Source: Burkholderiales bacterium | GTDB taxonomy: Bacteria > Pseudomonadota > Gammaproteobacteria > Burkholderiales > SG8-39 | Direction: 5' to 3' | NCBI GenBank assembly: GCA_023383795.1 | Contig: JAHDYJ010000007.1 | Location: 9,363-73,362, forward strand | DNA length: 64,000 bases | Part shown: in pieces, positions 1 to 8,908 of the stretch | How positions within the stretch are numbered: the stretch's first letter is position 1 | Layout: each line of letters opens with the position of its first letter | Notes under the pieces: generated by a model | Database searches by the model: none | Told to the model about the DNA's origin: nothing | Seen by the model: the letters and a program-made list of their open reading frames with translations, nothing else | Translations under genes and position numbers: made by a program

Positions 1-1059
1 CTCGAACTGCCGCTCGGGCGGCATCGCCAGGTGCTTGCCCTTCAGCATGCCGAAGGTGCCGAGCGGGCTCATCTCGGTCATGCCCCAGGCGTGGATGCAC
101 TCGACGCCGTACTCGGCGAACTGCGTGATCATCGCCGGCGGGCAGGCCGAGCCGCCGACCACCGCACGCCTGAGCGAAGAGAAGCGCAGGCCGTGCTCCT
201 TGACGTAGGCGAGGAGCCCCAGCCACACGGTCGGCACGCCCGCGGTCACCGTGACCCCTTCGGCCTCGAACAGCTCGTACAGGCTCTTGCCGTCGAGCCC
301 CGCGCCGGGCAGCACGAGCTTCGCCCCGTTCATCGGCGCGAGGTAGGCGATGCCCCACGAGTTGACGTGGAACATCGGCACCACCGGCAGGATCACCTCG
401 CGCGCCGACACGTTGAAGACGTCCGGCAGCGACGCCGCGTAGGCGTGCAGCACCGTCGAGCGGTGGGCGTACAGCGTGCCCTTCGGGTTGCCGGTCGTGC
501 CAGAGGTGTAGCACAGGCCGGAGGCGGCCCACTCGTCGAGCCGCGGCCATTCGTAGTCGCCGGTCTCGGCGCCGACCAGCTCCTCGTAGCACGCGAGCCC
601 CGCGATCTGCGCCTGCGGCATGTGCGCGCGGCCGGTCATCGCCACCCAGCCCTTGACGCCGGGACACCGCGGCGCGAGCTTCTCGACCAGCTCCGCGAAC
701 GTCAGGTCGAAGAAGACGTACGCGTCCTCGGCGTGGTTCACGATGTAGGCGATCTGGTCCGGGAAGAGCCGCGGGTTGATCGTGTGCGTCACCGCGCCCA
801 TGCCCGAGACGCCATAGTAGAGCTCGAGATGCCGGTAGCCGTTCCACGCCAGCGTACCGATCCGGTCGCCCTCTCGCACGCCGAGCCGCGCGAGCGCCTG
901 GGCGAGCTGCCGCGCGCGCCGGTGCAGGGCCGCATACGTGTAGCGGTGGATCGGCCCTTCGACCGCGCGCGAGACGACCTCGGCGTCGCCGTGGCAGCGG
1001 TCGGCGTGCCGGATCAGCGACGAGATCAAGAGCGGCATGTCCATCATCTGGCCACGCAT
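1..1059 (-). CDS. AMP-dependent acyl-CoA synthetase/ligase, 5' part (gene continues left of window)
   Basis: Not in the ORF track because it is open at the edge. My reverse-strand reading from ATG 1059..1057 gives MRGQMMDMPLLISSLIRHADR... and contains the canonical AMP-binding loop YTSGTTGNPKG. Frame stays open to base 1 (353 codons). GGAGGAG lies 4 nt upstream of the ATG. Confidence 0.85.
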   Translation of the reverse strand, partial: MRGQMMDMPLLISSLIRHADRCHGDAEVVSRAVEGPIHRYTYAALHRRARQLAQALARLGVREGDRIGTLAWNGYRHLELYYGVSGMGAVTHTINPRLFPDQIAYIVNHAEDAYVFFDLTFAELVEKLAPRCPGVKGWVAMTGRAHMPQAQIAGLACYEELVGAETGDYEWPRLDEWAASGLCYTSGTTGNPKGTLYAHRSTVLHAYAASLPDVFNVSAREVILPVVPMFHVNSWGIAYLAPMNGAKLVLPGAGLDGKSLYELFEAEGVTVTAGVPTVWLGLLAYVKEHGLRFSSLRRAVVGGSACPPAMITQFAEYGVECIHAWGMTEMSPLGTFGMLKGKHLAMPPERQFE

Positions 1060-1101
1060 CGGACTCCTCCTGGCGGACGTGATCGACGAGGCGCGAGGGG
1101 T

Positions 1102-1225
1102 TTCGTTCCCCGCAGAGGGAGGGTTACGGGAGGGAACCCGGGCGGGTTACCTCCTGTTCGTTCCCCGCGGAAGGAGGGTTACGGGAGGGAACCCGGGTGG
1201 GTTCCCTCCTGTTCGTTCCCCGCAG
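1102..1225. repeat. 55-bp tandem repeat, about 2.25 copies (1102-1156, 1157-1211, 1212-1225), each full copy containing a GC hairpin
   Basis: The two full copies differ at 4 of 55 positions in my alignment. Copy 2 has a perfect 11-bp stem GGAGGGAACCC/GGGTTCCCTCC (1184-1209, 4-nt loop). Sits in the 279-bp divergent region between 1..1059(-) and 1339..3057(+). Confidence 0.85.
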
Positions 1226-1338
1226 TCGGGGCAAGTTACCGTCGCCTCCGGGTGGGTGTCAACGGTGCGGCCCCGACGCGGCGCGCGCGGCCGCTCGGCT
1301 ATACTCGACGCGGTTCCCGCCACGCCGAGGAGGCCCGG

Positions 1339-3057
1339 GTGGCCCTGCGTTCGACCGCGCACTACTTTCTCGAGGGGCTCGTCGAGCTCGGCGTCGAGCA
1401 CGTCTTCGCCAACCTCGGGACCGATCACGCGCCGATCATCGAGGAGCTCGCGCGCTGGCGGCAGGAGCGGCGGCGGGCGCCGCGGTTCGTCCTGTGCCCG
1501 CACGAGAACGTCGCAATCCACATGGCGGGCGGCTACGCGCTCGCGACCGGGCGCGGCCAGGCGGTGCTGGTGCACGTCGACGTCGGCACCGGCAACGTCG
1601 CCGCCGGCATGCACAACCTGCAGCGCTACCGTTTGCCGGCACTGGTGATGGCGGGCAAGGCGCCCGCGACCTCGCGCGGCGAGCTCGTCGGCGCCCGCGA
1701 CAGCTACATCCACTACATGCAGGACGTGCGCGACATGCCGGCGATCGTGCGCCCGTACGCGAAGTGGGAGCACTCGCTCGACGCGGGCGTCGTCGCGAAG
1801 GAGCTCTTGCGGCGGGCACAGGCGATGATGGAGAGCGATCCCGCCGGGCCGGTCTACCTCAGCCTGCCGCGCGAGGCGCTGACGGCGCAGTGGGAAGAGG
1901 CCGACGTGGCGAGCTATCCGCCCGGCAAGTACGGCCCGCTCAAGGCGGGCGGCGCCGATCCGGACACGGTCGCCGCGCTCGCCGAGCGGCTGCTCGCCGC
2001 CGAGCGGCCGATCCTCGTCACCGCGTACGCCGGCCGGTATCGCGAGGCGCCGGCGCTCGTCGACGAGCTCGCGCAGCTCGCCGGCATCCGCGTGTTCGAG
2101 CACAACCCGATCCATCTCAACATCGACCGCACCTCGCCGTGCTTCGGCGGGTTCGCGCCGACCGAAGCGCTCGCGGAGGCCGACCTCGGCCTGCTCGTCG
2201 ACGTGGACGTGCCCTGGGTGTTGAAGGACCGGCGCGAGAACCCGGCGACGTTCTGGGCGCAGATCGACGTCGACCCGATCAAGCAGGACATTCCGCTGTG
2301 GGACTTCCCCGCCGAACAGCGCATCCAGGGCTCGTCGGCGCGCGTGCTGGCGCAGCTCGTCGCCGCGTTGAAGGCGCGCGCGGGCGAGGCGCAGCGTGCG
2401 CGCTCGCACGGCCGCATCGAGTCGTGGGCGCGATCGAACGCCGCGCGGCGCGAGGCGGTCGCGCGCGCGGCCGCGGAGCGCGGCGCGAAGGGCGCGCTGT
2501 CGGCGGCATACGTCTGCGCCGAGGTCGGCCGCGCCATCGGCTCGGACGCGATCGTGCTGAACGAGGCGGTACGCAACGGCGGGGTCGTGCAGGACCAGGT
2601 CGTGCGCACGCGGCCCGGCACCTACGTCGGCACCGGCGGCGGCGGACTCGGCTTCTCCGGCGGCATGGCGCTCGGCCTGAAGCTCGCGCAGCCCGACCGC
2701 GACGTCGTGCAGATCCTCGGCGACGGCAGCTTCTACTTCACGACGCCGCTCGCGGTGTACGCGGTGGCGAAGCAGTACGCGCTGCCGATCTTCACCGTCG
2801 TGCTCGACAACGGCGGCTGGGCGGCGGTGAAGGCCTCGACGCTGCGCGTCTATCCCGACGGCGCGGCGAAAGAGGCCGGCGAGTACCAGTCGATGCTCGC
2901 GCGCGGCATCGACCTGCACAAGGTCGCCGAGGCATGCGGCGCGCACGCCGAGGCGGTCGACGACCCCGAAGCGCTGCCCGCGGCGATCGGCCGCTGCCTG
3001 GAGGCGCTGCGCAGCGGGCGCGCCGCAGTGCTCGTCGCGCGCATCGCCGCGCACTGA
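1339..3057 (+). CDS. Thiamine-diphosphate-dependent enzyme, acetolactate-synthase-like family
   Basis: Last 572 codons of track ORF 31..3057. GTG 1339 is preceded by GAGGAGG (1327-1333). N-terminus reads GVEHVFANLGTDHAPI..PHENVAIHMAGGYA; ThDP motif GDGSFYF..VVLDNGGW. The upstream part of the track ORF is low-complexity read-through across the repeat. Confidence 0.85.
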   Translation: MALRSTAHYFLEGLVELGVEHVFANLGTDHAPIIEELARWRQERRRAPRFVLCPHENVAIHMAGGYALATGRGQAVLVHVDVGTGNVAAGMHNLQRYRLPALVMAGKAPATSRGELVGARDSYIHYMQDVRDMPAIVRPYAKWEHSLDAGVVAKELLRRAQAMMESDPAGPVYLSLPREALTAQWEEADVASYPPGKYGPLKAGGADPDTVAALAERLLAAERPILVTAYAGRYREAPALVDELAQLAGIRVFEHNPIHLNIDRTSPCFGGFAPTEALAEADLGLLVDVDVPWVLKDRRENPATFWAQIDVDPIKQDIPLWDFPAEQRIQGSSARVLAQLVAALKARAGEAQRARSHGRIESWARSNAARREAVARAAAERGAKGALSAAYVCAEVGRAIGSDAIVLNEAVRNGGVVQDQVVRTRPGTYVGTGGGGLGFSGGMALGLKLAQPDRDVVQILGDGSFYFTTPLAVYAVAKQYALPIFTVVLDNGGWAAVKASTLRVYPDGAAKEAGEYQSMLARGIDLHKVAEACGAHAEAVDDPEALPAAIGRCLEALRSGRAAVLVARIAAH

Positions 3058-3080
3058 GGAGCAGGCACGTGCCGCTTCAC

Positions 3081-3842
3081 ATGTCGAAGGAGGCCCGATC
3101 CGACGCGGCGGCGCCGTTGACCGAGGCCGAGCGAGCCGCGCGCGTGCAGCTCGCCGCGTGCTACCGCGTGTTCGACCACCTCGGCTGGACCGAGCTCGTC
3201 TTCAATCACATCACGCTGCGCGTGCCGGGGCCGGAACGGCTGTTCCTGATCAACCCGTTCGGCCTGCACTACCGCGAGGTGACCGCCTCGAACCTGGTGA
3301 CGATCGACCTCGAGGGCAACCCGGTGCGGCCGACGCCGCATCCGATCAACCGCGCGGGCTTCGTGATCCACAGCGCGATCCACGGCGCGATCGAGGCGGC
3401 CCACTGCGTGATGCACACGCACACGACGACCGGGATGGCGGTGGCCTCGCTCGCCGCGGGGCTCGCACACGACACCTTCTACGGCGCGCAGCTCCACGGC
3501 CGCGTCGCGTACCACGAGTTCGAGGGCGTCACCGTGAACGAGGGCGAGCGGGCGCGCCTGCTCGCGAGCATCGGCGACAGGCAGATCCTGATCCTGCGCA
3601 ACCACGGCCTGCTCACCTGGGGACGCACCCTGCCCGAGGCGTTCATGTGGCTGTGGACGCTGCAGCGCGCCTGCGACCTGCAGATCGCCGCGGCGGGCGC
3701 GGGACCGCTCCACCCGATCGCACCGGAGGTCTTCGAGCAGGCGAACCGCGAGGCCGGGCCGGCCGAGCCGGCGCTGTGCGAGGCGGTGTTCGCCGCGCTC
3801 GTGCGCGCGGTCGACGCGAAGGACCCGGGGTACAAGGCGTGA
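3081..3842 (+). CDS. Class II aldolase/adducin-domain protein
   Basis: Last 254 codons of track ORF 1197..3842, starting MSKEARSD. Shows RVQLAACYRVFDHLGW, NRAGFVIHSAIHGA and the His cluster HCVMHTHT typical of this fold. An in-frame GTG at 3069 is an alternative start. Confidence 0.8.
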   Translation: MSKEARSDAAAPLTEAERAARVQLAACYRVFDHLGWTELVFNHITLRVPGPERLFLINPFGLHYREVTASNLVTIDLEGNPVRPTPHPINRAGFVIHSAIHGAIEAAHCVMHTHTTTGMAVASLAAGLAHDTFYGAQLHGRVAYHEFEGVTVNEGERARLLASIGDRQILILRNHGLLTWGRTLPEAFMWLWTLQRACDLQIAAAGAGPLHPIAPEVFEQANREAGPAEPALCEAVFAALVRAVDAKDPGYKA

Positions 3843-3853
3843 GCGAGGCCGCC

Positions 3854-4873
3854 GTGCGCGTCTGCGTTGCCGGGGCCGGCGCCGTCGGCGGCCTGATCGC
3901 CGCGCGGCTCGCCCTGGCGGGAACGCAGGTAAGCGTGCTCGCGCGCGGCGCCCATCTCGAGCGTATGCAGGCCCGCGGCCTCGAGCTCGTCGACGAGACG
4001 GGCGTGCGCGCGCGTGCCGAGGTCCGCGCCGAGAGCGACCCGGCCGCGCTCGGGCGGCAGGAAGTGCTCGTCGTCGGGCTGAAGGCGCATCAGCTGCGCG
4101 ATGCCGCGGCGACGCTCGTCCCGCTCGTCGGTCCGGATACCGTGGTCGTGCCGGCGATCAACGGCGTGCCGTGGTGGTTCTTCCACGGCTTCGGCGGGAC
4201 GCTCGCCGGATCGCGGCTCGCGTCGGTGGACCCGGAAGGCGCCATCGCGCGCGCCCTGCCCCCGCGGAACGTGATCGGCGCGGTCGTGCATCTTTCGGCC
4301 GCGGTCGAGTCGCCCGGGGTCATCCGGCGCAAGGCAGGCAACCTGCTGATCCTGGGCGAGCCGTCCGGCGCGACGAGCGCGCGGCTGGAGCAGACCGTCT
4401 CGCTCCTGCGCCGGGCCGGCTTCGAGACGCAGGCCACCGACGCGATCCAGCGCGAGGTCTGGATCAAGCTGTGGGGCAACATGAACATGAACCCCATCAG
4501 CGCGCTCACCGGGTCGACCGCCGACGTGATCATGGACGATCCGCTCACCCTCGAGCTCGTGCGGGGGATGATGACCGAGGCCGCCGCCGTCGGCCGGGCC
4601 CTCGGCATCGACCTGGGGATGACGATCGAGCAGCGCTTCGCGGTGACCCGGAAGCTCGGCGCGTTCAAGACATCGATGCTGCTCGACTTCGAGCTCGGCC
4701 GCACGCCCGAGCTCGACGCGATCCTCGCCGCGCCGTGCGAGATCGGCGCGCGCCTGGGCATTCCGATGCCCTGGTCGCGGACCGTGCTCGGGCTCGCGCG
4801 GCAGCGCGCGATGAACTCGGGCCTCTACGGCTACACCGACGGCGGCCGCGCGTTCGGCGCGCGATCGCGCTGA
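3854..4873 (+). CDS. 2-dehydropantoate 2-reductase (PanE/ApbA) family oxidoreductase
   Basis: End of track ORF 3158..4873. GTG 3854 (VRVCVAGAGAVGG Rossmann start) is preceded by GAGG at 3845-3848. Alternative GTG 3839 overlaps the upstream stop. C-terminal block KTSMLLDFELGRTPELDAI is typical of the family. Confidence 0.8.
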   Translation: MRVCVAGAGAVGGLIAARLALAGTQVSVLARGAHLERMQARGLELVDETGVRARAEVRAESDPAALGRQEVLVVGLKAHQLRDAAATLVPLVGPDTVVVPAINGVPWWFFHGFGGTLAGSRLASVDPEGAIARALPPRNVIGAVVHLSAAVESPGVIRRKAGNLLILGEPSGATSARLEQTVSLLRRAGFETQATDAIQREVWIKLWGNMNMNPISALTGSTADVIMDDPLTLELVRGMMTEAAAVGRALGIDLGMTIEQRFAVTRKLGAFKTSMLLDFELGRTPELDAILAAPCEIGARLGIPMPWSRTVLGLARQRAMNSGLYGYTDGGRAFGARSR

Positions 4874-4919
4874 CGCGCCGCCGGCCGACCGTTCACCGCC
4901 CGCCCTGCGCCGCTCGCCG

Positions 4920-6023
4920 ATGAAACCTCCGTTCCGCGCCGACCACGTCGGCAGCCTGCTCCGCCCGCCGGAGCTCGTCGCCGCGCGCGCGCGGCACCGG
5001 CGCGGCGAGCTCGACGCCGAGGGCCTGCGCGCGGTCGAGGACGCGGCGATCCGGGCCGCGGTCGCGCGACAGGAAGCGATCGGCCTGCAGGGCGTCACCG
5101 ACGGCGAGTACCGCCGCGACTGGTGGCATCTCGACTTCCTCGCGCAGCTCGAGGGCGTGACCCTGCACGCGAACCCGGGGCCGAAGTTCGGCGGCACCGA
5201 GGAGCAGCCGCCGATCGCCACCGTGACCGCAAGGGTGCGCTGCACGCGGCCGATCATGGCCGACCACTTCGCATTTCTGAAGTCGGCGACCGCGCGGACC
5301 GCGAAGTTCACGATCCCGTCGCCCTCGATGCTTCACCTGCGCGGCGGACGCGCGTCGATCTCGCGCGCGGCCTATCCCGACCTCGCCGGGTTCTGGGCCG
5401 ACGCCGCCGCGGCCTACCGGGAGGCGATCGCCCACCTCGCCGCGGCCGGCTGCACCTACCTGCAGCTCGACGACGTCGCGTTCGCCTACCTCTGCGACGA
5501 GAAGGTGCGCGCGAGCTGCCGCGCGAACGGCGACGATCCCGATGCACTGCCCGGCATCTATGCCGACGCGATCAACGCCGCCCTCGCCGGCCGGCCGGCG
5601 GGAATGACGATCGCGATGCACACCTGCCGCGGCAACTTCAAGAGCGCGTGGGTCGCCTCCGGCGGCTACGACCCGGTCGCGGAGGCGATGTTCGCGACCG
5701 ACGTCGACGCCTATTTCATGGAGTTCGACAGCGCGCGCGCCGGCACCTTCGCGCCGTTGCGCCTGCTGCCCCGTGACGGGAAGAACCGCGGCAAGAAGGT
5801 CGTGCTCGGCCTGGTCACGACCAAGGTCGGGGCGCTCGAGGACAAGGACGCGCTCAAGCGGCGGATCGACGAGGCCGCGAAGTACGTTCCGCTCGAGAAC
5901 CTGTGCCTCTCGCCGCAGTGCGGCTTCTCCAGCACCCATCACGGCAACGCGCTCTCCGAGGACGAACAGTGGCGCAAGCTCGAGCGGGTGGTCGAGGTCG
6001 CGCGCGAGGTGTGGTCCATGTGA
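4920..6023 (+). CDS. MetE-catalytic-domain-only protein (cobalamin-independent methionine synthase family, about 370 aa)
   Basis: Track ORF, 367 aa: MKPPFRADHVGSLLRP.., TDGEYRR, MHTCRGN and LSPQCGFSS (Zn-ligand-type His/Cys positions). Half the length of true MetE. Confidence 0.8.
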   Translation: MKPPFRADHVGSLLRPPELVAARARHRRGELDAEGLRAVEDAAIRAAVARQEAIGLQGVTDGEYRRDWWHLDFLAQLEGVTLHANPGPKFGGTEEQPPIATVTARVRCTRPIMADHFAFLKSATARTAKFTIPSPSMLHLRGGRASISRAAYPDLAGFWADAAAAYREAIAHLAAAGCTYLQLDDVAFAYLCDEKVRASCRANGDDPDALPGIYADAINAALAGRPAGMTIAMHTCRGNFKSAWVASGGYDPVAEAMFATDVDAYFMEFDSARAGTFAPLRLLPRDGKNRGKKVVLGLVTTKVGALEDKDALKRRIDEAAKYVPLENLCLSPQCGFSSTHHGNALSEDEQWRKLERVVEVAREVWSM

Positions 6024-6049
6024 TGCAGCACAAAGAGGAGGAGGACATC

Positions 6050-6439
6050 ATGACGGCGTTCAACGTGGTCCGGTTCCGCGTGAGACCGGGGTATGAGACG
6101 CAATTCGTCGAGACGTACCGGAAGGTGCGTCAGGTCTACAAGGGCTCCCTCGGCGGAGCGGTGATCAAGACCGGAGACCGGACGTTCTGCTACGTGGGCG
6201 AGTGGCGCAACATGCAGTCGCTCGCCGCCGCGCGGCCCGCGATGATCACGACCCTCGATCGGCTGCGCGGCATGCTCGAGGACCTCGGCGGCGGCCTCGG
6301 CGTCACCGATCCGGTGTCGGGAGAGGTCGTCGCGCGATTCGCGCCGCCGAAGGCCGCGAAGAAACGCCCGGCGCGCGGCGGTCGCAAGGCGAAACCGGCC
6401 AAGGCGAAGAAGCGCGCGGCCGCGAAGCGCAAGCGGTAG
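6050..6439 (+). CDS. ABM (antibiotic-biosynthesis-monooxygenase/Dabb-like) domain protein with Lys/Ala/Pro-rich basic tail
   Basis: ATG 6050 (residue 50 of track ORF 5903..6439) is preceded by GAGGAGGAGGA. MTAFNVVRFRVRPGYETQF..GEWRNMQSLAAAR. The last ~35 aa read PPKAAKKRPARGGRKAKPAKAKKRAAAKRKR. Confidence 0.65.
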   Translation: MTAFNVVRFRVRPGYETQFVETYRKVRQVYKGSLGGAVIKTGDRTFCYVGEWRNMQSLAAARPAMITTLDRLRGMLEDLGGGLGVTDPVSGEVVARFAPPKAAKKRPARGGRKAKPAKAKKRAAAKRKR

Positions 6440-6803
6440 GGGCGGCGCGACGCCGCCATGGCGGGCCGGGCGCCGGCGAAGTCCGAGCCCCGCCGATCGA
6501 GCTCCGCTTCCAATTCGTATCGCCGTTCGGCTGCTTCGCGAACCCGCGCATCGACGCGCTCGCGGCGAAATACGGCCGCGCGGTCGACTGACGCGCGACG
6601 CGGGTCGGCGTCGGCGTCACGAAGGCGGGGGCATCCAGTCGCTGCTCGGTCTGCCGCTCGAGCGAGCGACCACATCCGCCGGGGCGGGATCCACGACCCG
6701 CATCACGGTAGCGCCGGTTCGAAGCCGGTACAATCCGGAACCTCTCTTCCCCGCCCCGCGGGCCCCGCGGGCGCGCGGGAGCGCACGCCTCCGGAGATCC
6801 AGC

Positions 6804-8903
6804 ATGAGCGACCCCACTCCCTACGCCGTCCGCGACGGCATCGCCGTGATCACGATGCACAACCCGCCGGTGAACGGCCTCGGGCACCCGCTGCGCGTGG
6901 CGATCACCGAGGGCCTCCGGCGCGCCGCCGCGGACGCGGCGGTGAAGGCCGTGGTGATCATCGGCTCGGCGAAGGCGTTCTCCGGCGGCGCCGACATCAG
7001 CGAGTTCAACACGCCGAAAGCGTCGACGGACCCGACGCTGCACCAGATCATCGACATGCTGGACGCGATGCAGAAGCCGGTCGTCGCCGCGATCGGCGGC
7101 TTCGCGATGGGCGGCGGACTCGAGCTCGCGCTCGGCTGCCACTACCGCGTGGCCGCGCCCGGCACGCAGCTCGCGCTACCCGAGGTGAAGCTCGGCATCC
7201 TGCCCGGCGCGGGCGGCACGCAGCGGCTGCCGCGCGCGATCGGCGCCGAGGCGGCGCTCGAGCTCATGGTGTCCGGCAACCCTGTGACCCCGGAGAAGGC
7301 GCCGAAGGGGCTCGTCGACGAGATCGTCCAGGGCGACCTGCTCGAGCTCGCGCTCAAGTACGCGGCGAGGATCGTCGCGGAGAAGCGCCCGCTGCGCCGC
7401 CTGCGCGACGAACGGGCGACGCTCGCGGGCGATCCGGCGGCGTTCTTCAAGGCCGCCAGAGAGCGGGTCGCGAAGCAGTCGCGCGGCTATCCGGCGCCGC
7501 CGAAGATCGTCGAGTGCGTCGAGGCCGCGGTGGCGCTGCCGTTCGACGAGGGACGCAAGTTCGAGCGCGCCCGCTTCGAGGAGCTGGTGGTCACCTCCGA
7601 GTCGAAGGCGATGCGCCACGCCTTCTTCGGCGAGCGCGCGGTGGAGAAGATTCCCGACGTGCCCAAGGATATCCCGACCGTCGACGTGAAGTCCGCGGCG
7701 ATCGTCGGCGCGGGCACCATGGGCGGCGGCATCGCGATGGCGTTCGCCAACGCCGGCATTCCGGTCAGGCTCCTCGACGCGCAGCAGGACGCGCTCGAGC
7801 GCGGCATCGGCGTGATCCGCAGGAACTACTCCGCAACGGTCGAGAAGGGCCGGCTCGCGCAGGCCGACATGGACAGGCGCATGGGGCTCATCCAGCCGAC
7901 CCTCTCGTACGGCGAGATCAAGGACTGCGACCTCGTCATCGAGGCGGTGTTCGAGAAGATGGACCTCAAGCGCGAGGTGTTCCGCCGGCTCGACGAGGTC
8001 ATGAAGCCGGACGCGATCCTCGCCACCAACACCTCGACGCTCGACGTGAACGAGATCGCGGCGTCGACGAAGCGGCCCGAGAGCGTGGTCGGCCTGCACT
8101 TCTTCAGCCCGGCGAACGTGATGCGCCTGCTCGAGATCGTGCGCGGCGCGAAGACCTCGAAGAGCGTGCTCGCCTCGGCGATGAAGCTCGCCCGGCGGCT
8201 GCGCAAGGTCGGCATCGTCTCCGGCGTGTGCGACGGCTTCATCGGCAACCGCATGATGGAGGAGTACGTGCGCCAGGCGTTCTTCCTGGTCGACGAGGGC
8301 GCCGCGCCGCAGGACGTCGACAAGGCCCTGCAGGACTGGGGCATGGCGATGGGCCCGTTCGCGATGCTCGACATGGCCGGCCAGGACATCGGCTGGGCCG
8401 TTCGCAAGCGCCGCAACGAGGAATCAAAGGCGGACCCGAAGGCGCGGCCGTACTCGGGCTGGATCGACCGCGTGTGCGAGCTCGGCCGCTTCGGTCAGAA
8501 GGCGGGCGCGGGCGTGTACAAGTACGAGAAGGGCGACCGCGCGCCGCGGCCCGACCCCGAGATCGAGAAGCTGATCGACGACTACCGCCGCGAGATCGGC
8601 GTGAGCCCGCGCGGCGTGCCGGCCGGCGAGATCGTCGAGCGCTGCATCTTCGCGCTCACGAACGAGGGCGCGCGCATCCTCGAGGAGGGCATCGCGCTCC
8701 GCGCCGTGGACATCGACATGGTGTACCTCACCGGCTACGGCTTTCCGGTCTACCGCGGCGGCCCGATGTTCTACGCCGACACCGTCGGGCTCGACCGCGT
8801 GCTGGCGGCGGTCCGCGGATTCGCCAAGGGCTACCATGGCGAGTGCTGGCGGCCCGCCCCGCTCCTCGAGAAGCTCGCCGCCGCGGGCAAGACCTTCAAC
8901 TGA
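6804..8903 (+). CDS. Bifunctional enoyl-CoA hydratase / 3-hydroxyacyl-CoA dehydrogenase (FadB/FadJ-like)
   Basis: Track ORF, 699 aa. N-terminal crotonase block AFSGGADISEF, central Rossmann IVGAGTMGGGIA, then NTSTL..HFFSPANVMRLLEIV. Confidence 0.9.
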   Translation: MSDPTPYAVRDGIAVITMHNPPVNGLGHPLRVAITEGLRRAAADAAVKAVVIIGSAKAFSGGADISEFNTPKASTDPTLHQIIDMLDAMQKPVVAAIGGFAMGGGLELALGCHYRVAAPGTQLALPEVKLGILPGAGGTQRLPRAIGAEAALELMVSGNPVTPEKAPKGLVDEIVQGDLLELALKYAARIVAEKRPLRRLRDERATLAGDPAAFFKAARERVAKQSRGYPAPPKIVECVEAAVALPFDEGRKFERARFEELVVTSESKAMRHAFFGERAVEKIPDVPKDIPTVDVKSAAIVGAGTMGGGIAMAFANAGIPVRLLDAQQDALERGIGVIRRNYSATVEKGRLAQADMDRRMGLIQPTLSYGEIKDCDLVIEAVFEKMDLKREVFRRLDEVMKPDAILATNTSTLDVNEIAASTKRPESVVGLHFFSPANVMRLLEIVRGAKTSKSVLASAMKLARRLRKVGIVSGVCDGFIGNRMMEEYVRQAFFLVDEGAAPQDVDKALQDWGMAMGPFAMLDMAGQDIGWAVRKRRNEESKADPKARPYSGWIDRVCELGRFGQKAGAGVYKYEKGDRAPRPDPEIEKLIDDYRREIGVSPRGVPAGEIVERCIFALTNEGARILEEGIALRAVDIDMVYLTGYGFPVYRGGPMFYADTVGLDRVLAAVRGFAKGYHGECWRPAPLLEKLAAAGKTFN

Positions 8904-8908
8904 GCCCG

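Noticed and set aside
31-3057. Very long track ORFs that span or run antisense to several genes (e.g. 31..3057+, 1147..3054-, 1197..3842+, 15128..18757-, 21407..24451-, 26648..30691+, 47870..50140-, 50215..52797-, 50646..53834+, 53282..55270-).
   Set aside because: Their translations are Arg/Ala/Gly/Pro-rich low-complexity strings with no recognisable domains. This is typical of stop-codon-poor off-frames in very GC-rich DNA. Only the segments that read as real protein families (listed as features) were kept, with starts re-chosen at plausible RBS/start codons.
1339-3057. Biosynthetic acetolactate synthase IlvB/IlvI (also 33031..34773).
   Set aside because: There is no adjacent small regulatory subunit or ilvC/ilvD, and both genes lie in catabolic/transport contexts. 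I therefore call them only ThDP enzymes of the ALS-like family.
4920-6023. Methionine synthase MetE (also 29516..30691 and 30810..31952).
   Set aside because: The proteins are 367-391 aa, corresponding to only the C-terminal catalytic domain. True MetE is about twice as long, with an N-terminal folate-binding domain.
6440-6803. Long (364-bp) gap before the FadB-like gene, overlapped by several track ORFs (6190..6675-, 6202..6591+, 6458..9535+ N-terminus).
   Set aside because: All three translations are low-complexity, and one runs through the tail of the ABM gene. I found no credible start/RBS, domain or RNA motif, so I leave it as unannotated intergenic sequence.
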